From an uncultured Alphaproteobacteria bacterium (GTDB lineage: Bacteria > Pseudomonadota > Alphaproteobacteria > UBA11222), in contig CALAQW010000177.1 of the NCBI GenBank assembly GCA_937888955.1, positions 1 to 58,095 of the forward strand: a DNA stretch of 58,095 nucleotides, read 5' to 3'. Position numbers and translations under genes: made by a program. Position 1 is the stretch's first letter, and every line of letters starts with the position of its first letter. This document shows, piece by piece, positions 56,813 through 58,095 of the stretch. Below the pieces are notes generated by a model. The model had not been told where the DNA came from, ran no database searches, and saw nothing but the letters and a program-made list of their open reading frames with translations.

Positions 56813-58095
56813 TCAGGGCTGACCCGAACGGCTGAGCCTTGCTGCATAAAACCCGTCCATGCCGCCCCGATCGGGCCACAGGCAGGGCAGGGTGCGCAAA
56901 TCGCCATTCTCTGTGATCGCCTGCTCGACAGCATCGAAGCCGGGAAATTCCGTGGCTGTGAGCGGGCGCCGGGTGAAATCCGTCCGGTTGGCAAGGAAAT
57001 TTGCAATCCGTTCCTCGCCTTCCTGAGGTTCGAGCGAGCAGGTGCAATAAACAAGCACGCCGCCGGGCGCAAGCATGTCAGCGGCTGCCGCAAGCAGCCG
57101 GTCCTGAAGCGCGGTGAGCGTCGCAATCTCGTCCCGGCTCTTGCGCCAGGGGATATCGGGATGCCGCCGGATCGTGCCGGTGGCCGAGCAGGGCGCGTCG
57201 AGCAGGATATGGGTAAAGGGCTGTGCGGGCCGCCATTCGGTCGCATCGGCGGTGACGGTTTCCGCGGTCAGTCCAAGCCGGGCGAGATTGCCGCTCAGCC
57301 GCGCTATCCGGCCCGCCGCGCGGTCAAGCGCGGTTACCTCCGCCCCTGCGGCGCAAAGCTGCGCGGTCTTGCCGCCCGGTGCCGCGCAAAGATCAAGTAC
57401 CCGCATTCCCTTGACATCGCCAAGCAGCCGCGCGGGCAGGCTGGCGGCGAAATCCTGTATCCACCAGTCACCTGCTTCAAAGCCGGACAATGTGGCGACC
57501 GCACCGCCGCCATTCCGGCGCAGACCGCCAAACGGCAAAGGTGCCGCATCAAGCGATACGGAATAATCGGATTGGGTGCTGTGATCGCGCAGGCTGAAAT
57601 CAAGCGGCGGCTCCGCAAGATGCGCGGTGGCGATGGCCTGCGCCTGTGCGGCACCATAATATGCCTCCCATCCCGCCCATAGCCAGTCAGGCGTGTTCAG
57701 CCGCCCCGCATCGCCCAGTGTGGCGAGCGTTTCCGCCCCCTCGCGTGCGGTCCGCCGCAGCAGCGCATTGACGAGGTTCTTGAAATGGCGCGCATTCCGG
57801 TCGCGCGTGGCAAGTTCCATTGCACTGGCGACCGCGGCATGGGGCGCTGTACCCAGAAACAGGATCTGCGCCGTGCCAAGCCGCAAAATATGTCTGGTCG
57901 GGCCGGCGCGGCGTGGCAGCGGGCGTTCCTGAAACGCCTTGAGCAATGCATCGATCTGCCCCAGATGCCGCAGGCATGTCATCAGCATGGTGCGCGCGAA
58001 GGCGCGGTCGCGATCTGCCAGCCGGGTCAGCGGACCATCCTTGGCAAGCCCCGCCTCCAATGCGCGGTCAAGCGGCATATCCTCATCGAGTATGC
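56813..58095 (-). CDS. rsmB: RsmB/Sun 16S rRNA m5C methyltransferase with NusB-like N-domain (5'-truncated by the window)
   Basis: DLCAAPGGKT, LLDAPCSATG.IRRHPD, YCTCS and DGFY; the frame is open to the window end. Confidence 0.85.
   Translation of the reverse strand, partial: ILDEDMPLDRALEAGLAKDGPLTRLADRDRAFARTMLMTCLRHLGQIDALLKAFQERPLPRRAGPTRHILRLGTAQILFLGTAPHAAVASAMELATRDRNARHFKNLVNALLRRTAREGAETLATLGDAGRLNTPDWLWAGWEAYYGAAQAQAIATAHLAEPPLDFSLRDHSTQSDYSVSLDAAPLPFGGLRRNGGGAVATLSGFEAGDWWIQDFAASLPARLLGDVKGMRVLDLCAAPGGKTAQLCAAGAEVTALDRAAGRIARLSGNLARLGLTAETVTADATEWRPAQPFTHILLDAPCSATGTIRRHPDIPWRKSRDEIATLTALQDRLLAAAADMLAPGGVLVYCTCSLEPQEGEERIANFLANRTDFTRRPLTATEFPGFDAVEQAITENGDLRTLPCLWPDRGGMDGFYAARLSRSGQP

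Overview
This 58 kb window is high-GC chromosome from an alphaproteobacterium, judged from gene content (coq7/coq9, split pntAA-pntAB-pntB, aa3 oxidase subunit IV, mch, olsBA). It is almost fully coding and mostly core metabolism. In order it carries a lipid A phosphate methyltransferase-like gene, an F420-dependent LLM oxidoreductase, coq7-dsbB, an orphan PAS kinase, tRNA-Leu(CAA), carbonic anhydrase, olsBA behind a Pho box, a sigma54/NtrC-type urtABCDE-ureDABCEFG superoperon, Pat acetyltransferase, ycbB-ycbK, mch-sdhCDAB, a coenzyme F420 cluster (npdG-cofE-cofD-cofC-fbiC), transhydrogenase, def-coq9-pabBAC, malonyl-CoA decarboxylase, and rsmB-rpe followed by a glycosyltransferase/methyltransferase pair. 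No IS element, integrase, prophage or CRISPR array was seen. The best candidate for a new system is at 52848-54279. There, an apparently intact UbiX flavin prenyltransferase is fused in frame to a phage-repressor-like XRE helix-turn-helix, appears to be expressed from a leaderless promoter abutting palindromic operator-like sites, and is flanked by two DUF465/YdcH genes. Other leads are a 73-aa UreJ/HupE-like peptide and a 10-bp-phased GCNACA array inside the F420 cluster. All calls come from reading motifs by eye; no database searches were run.
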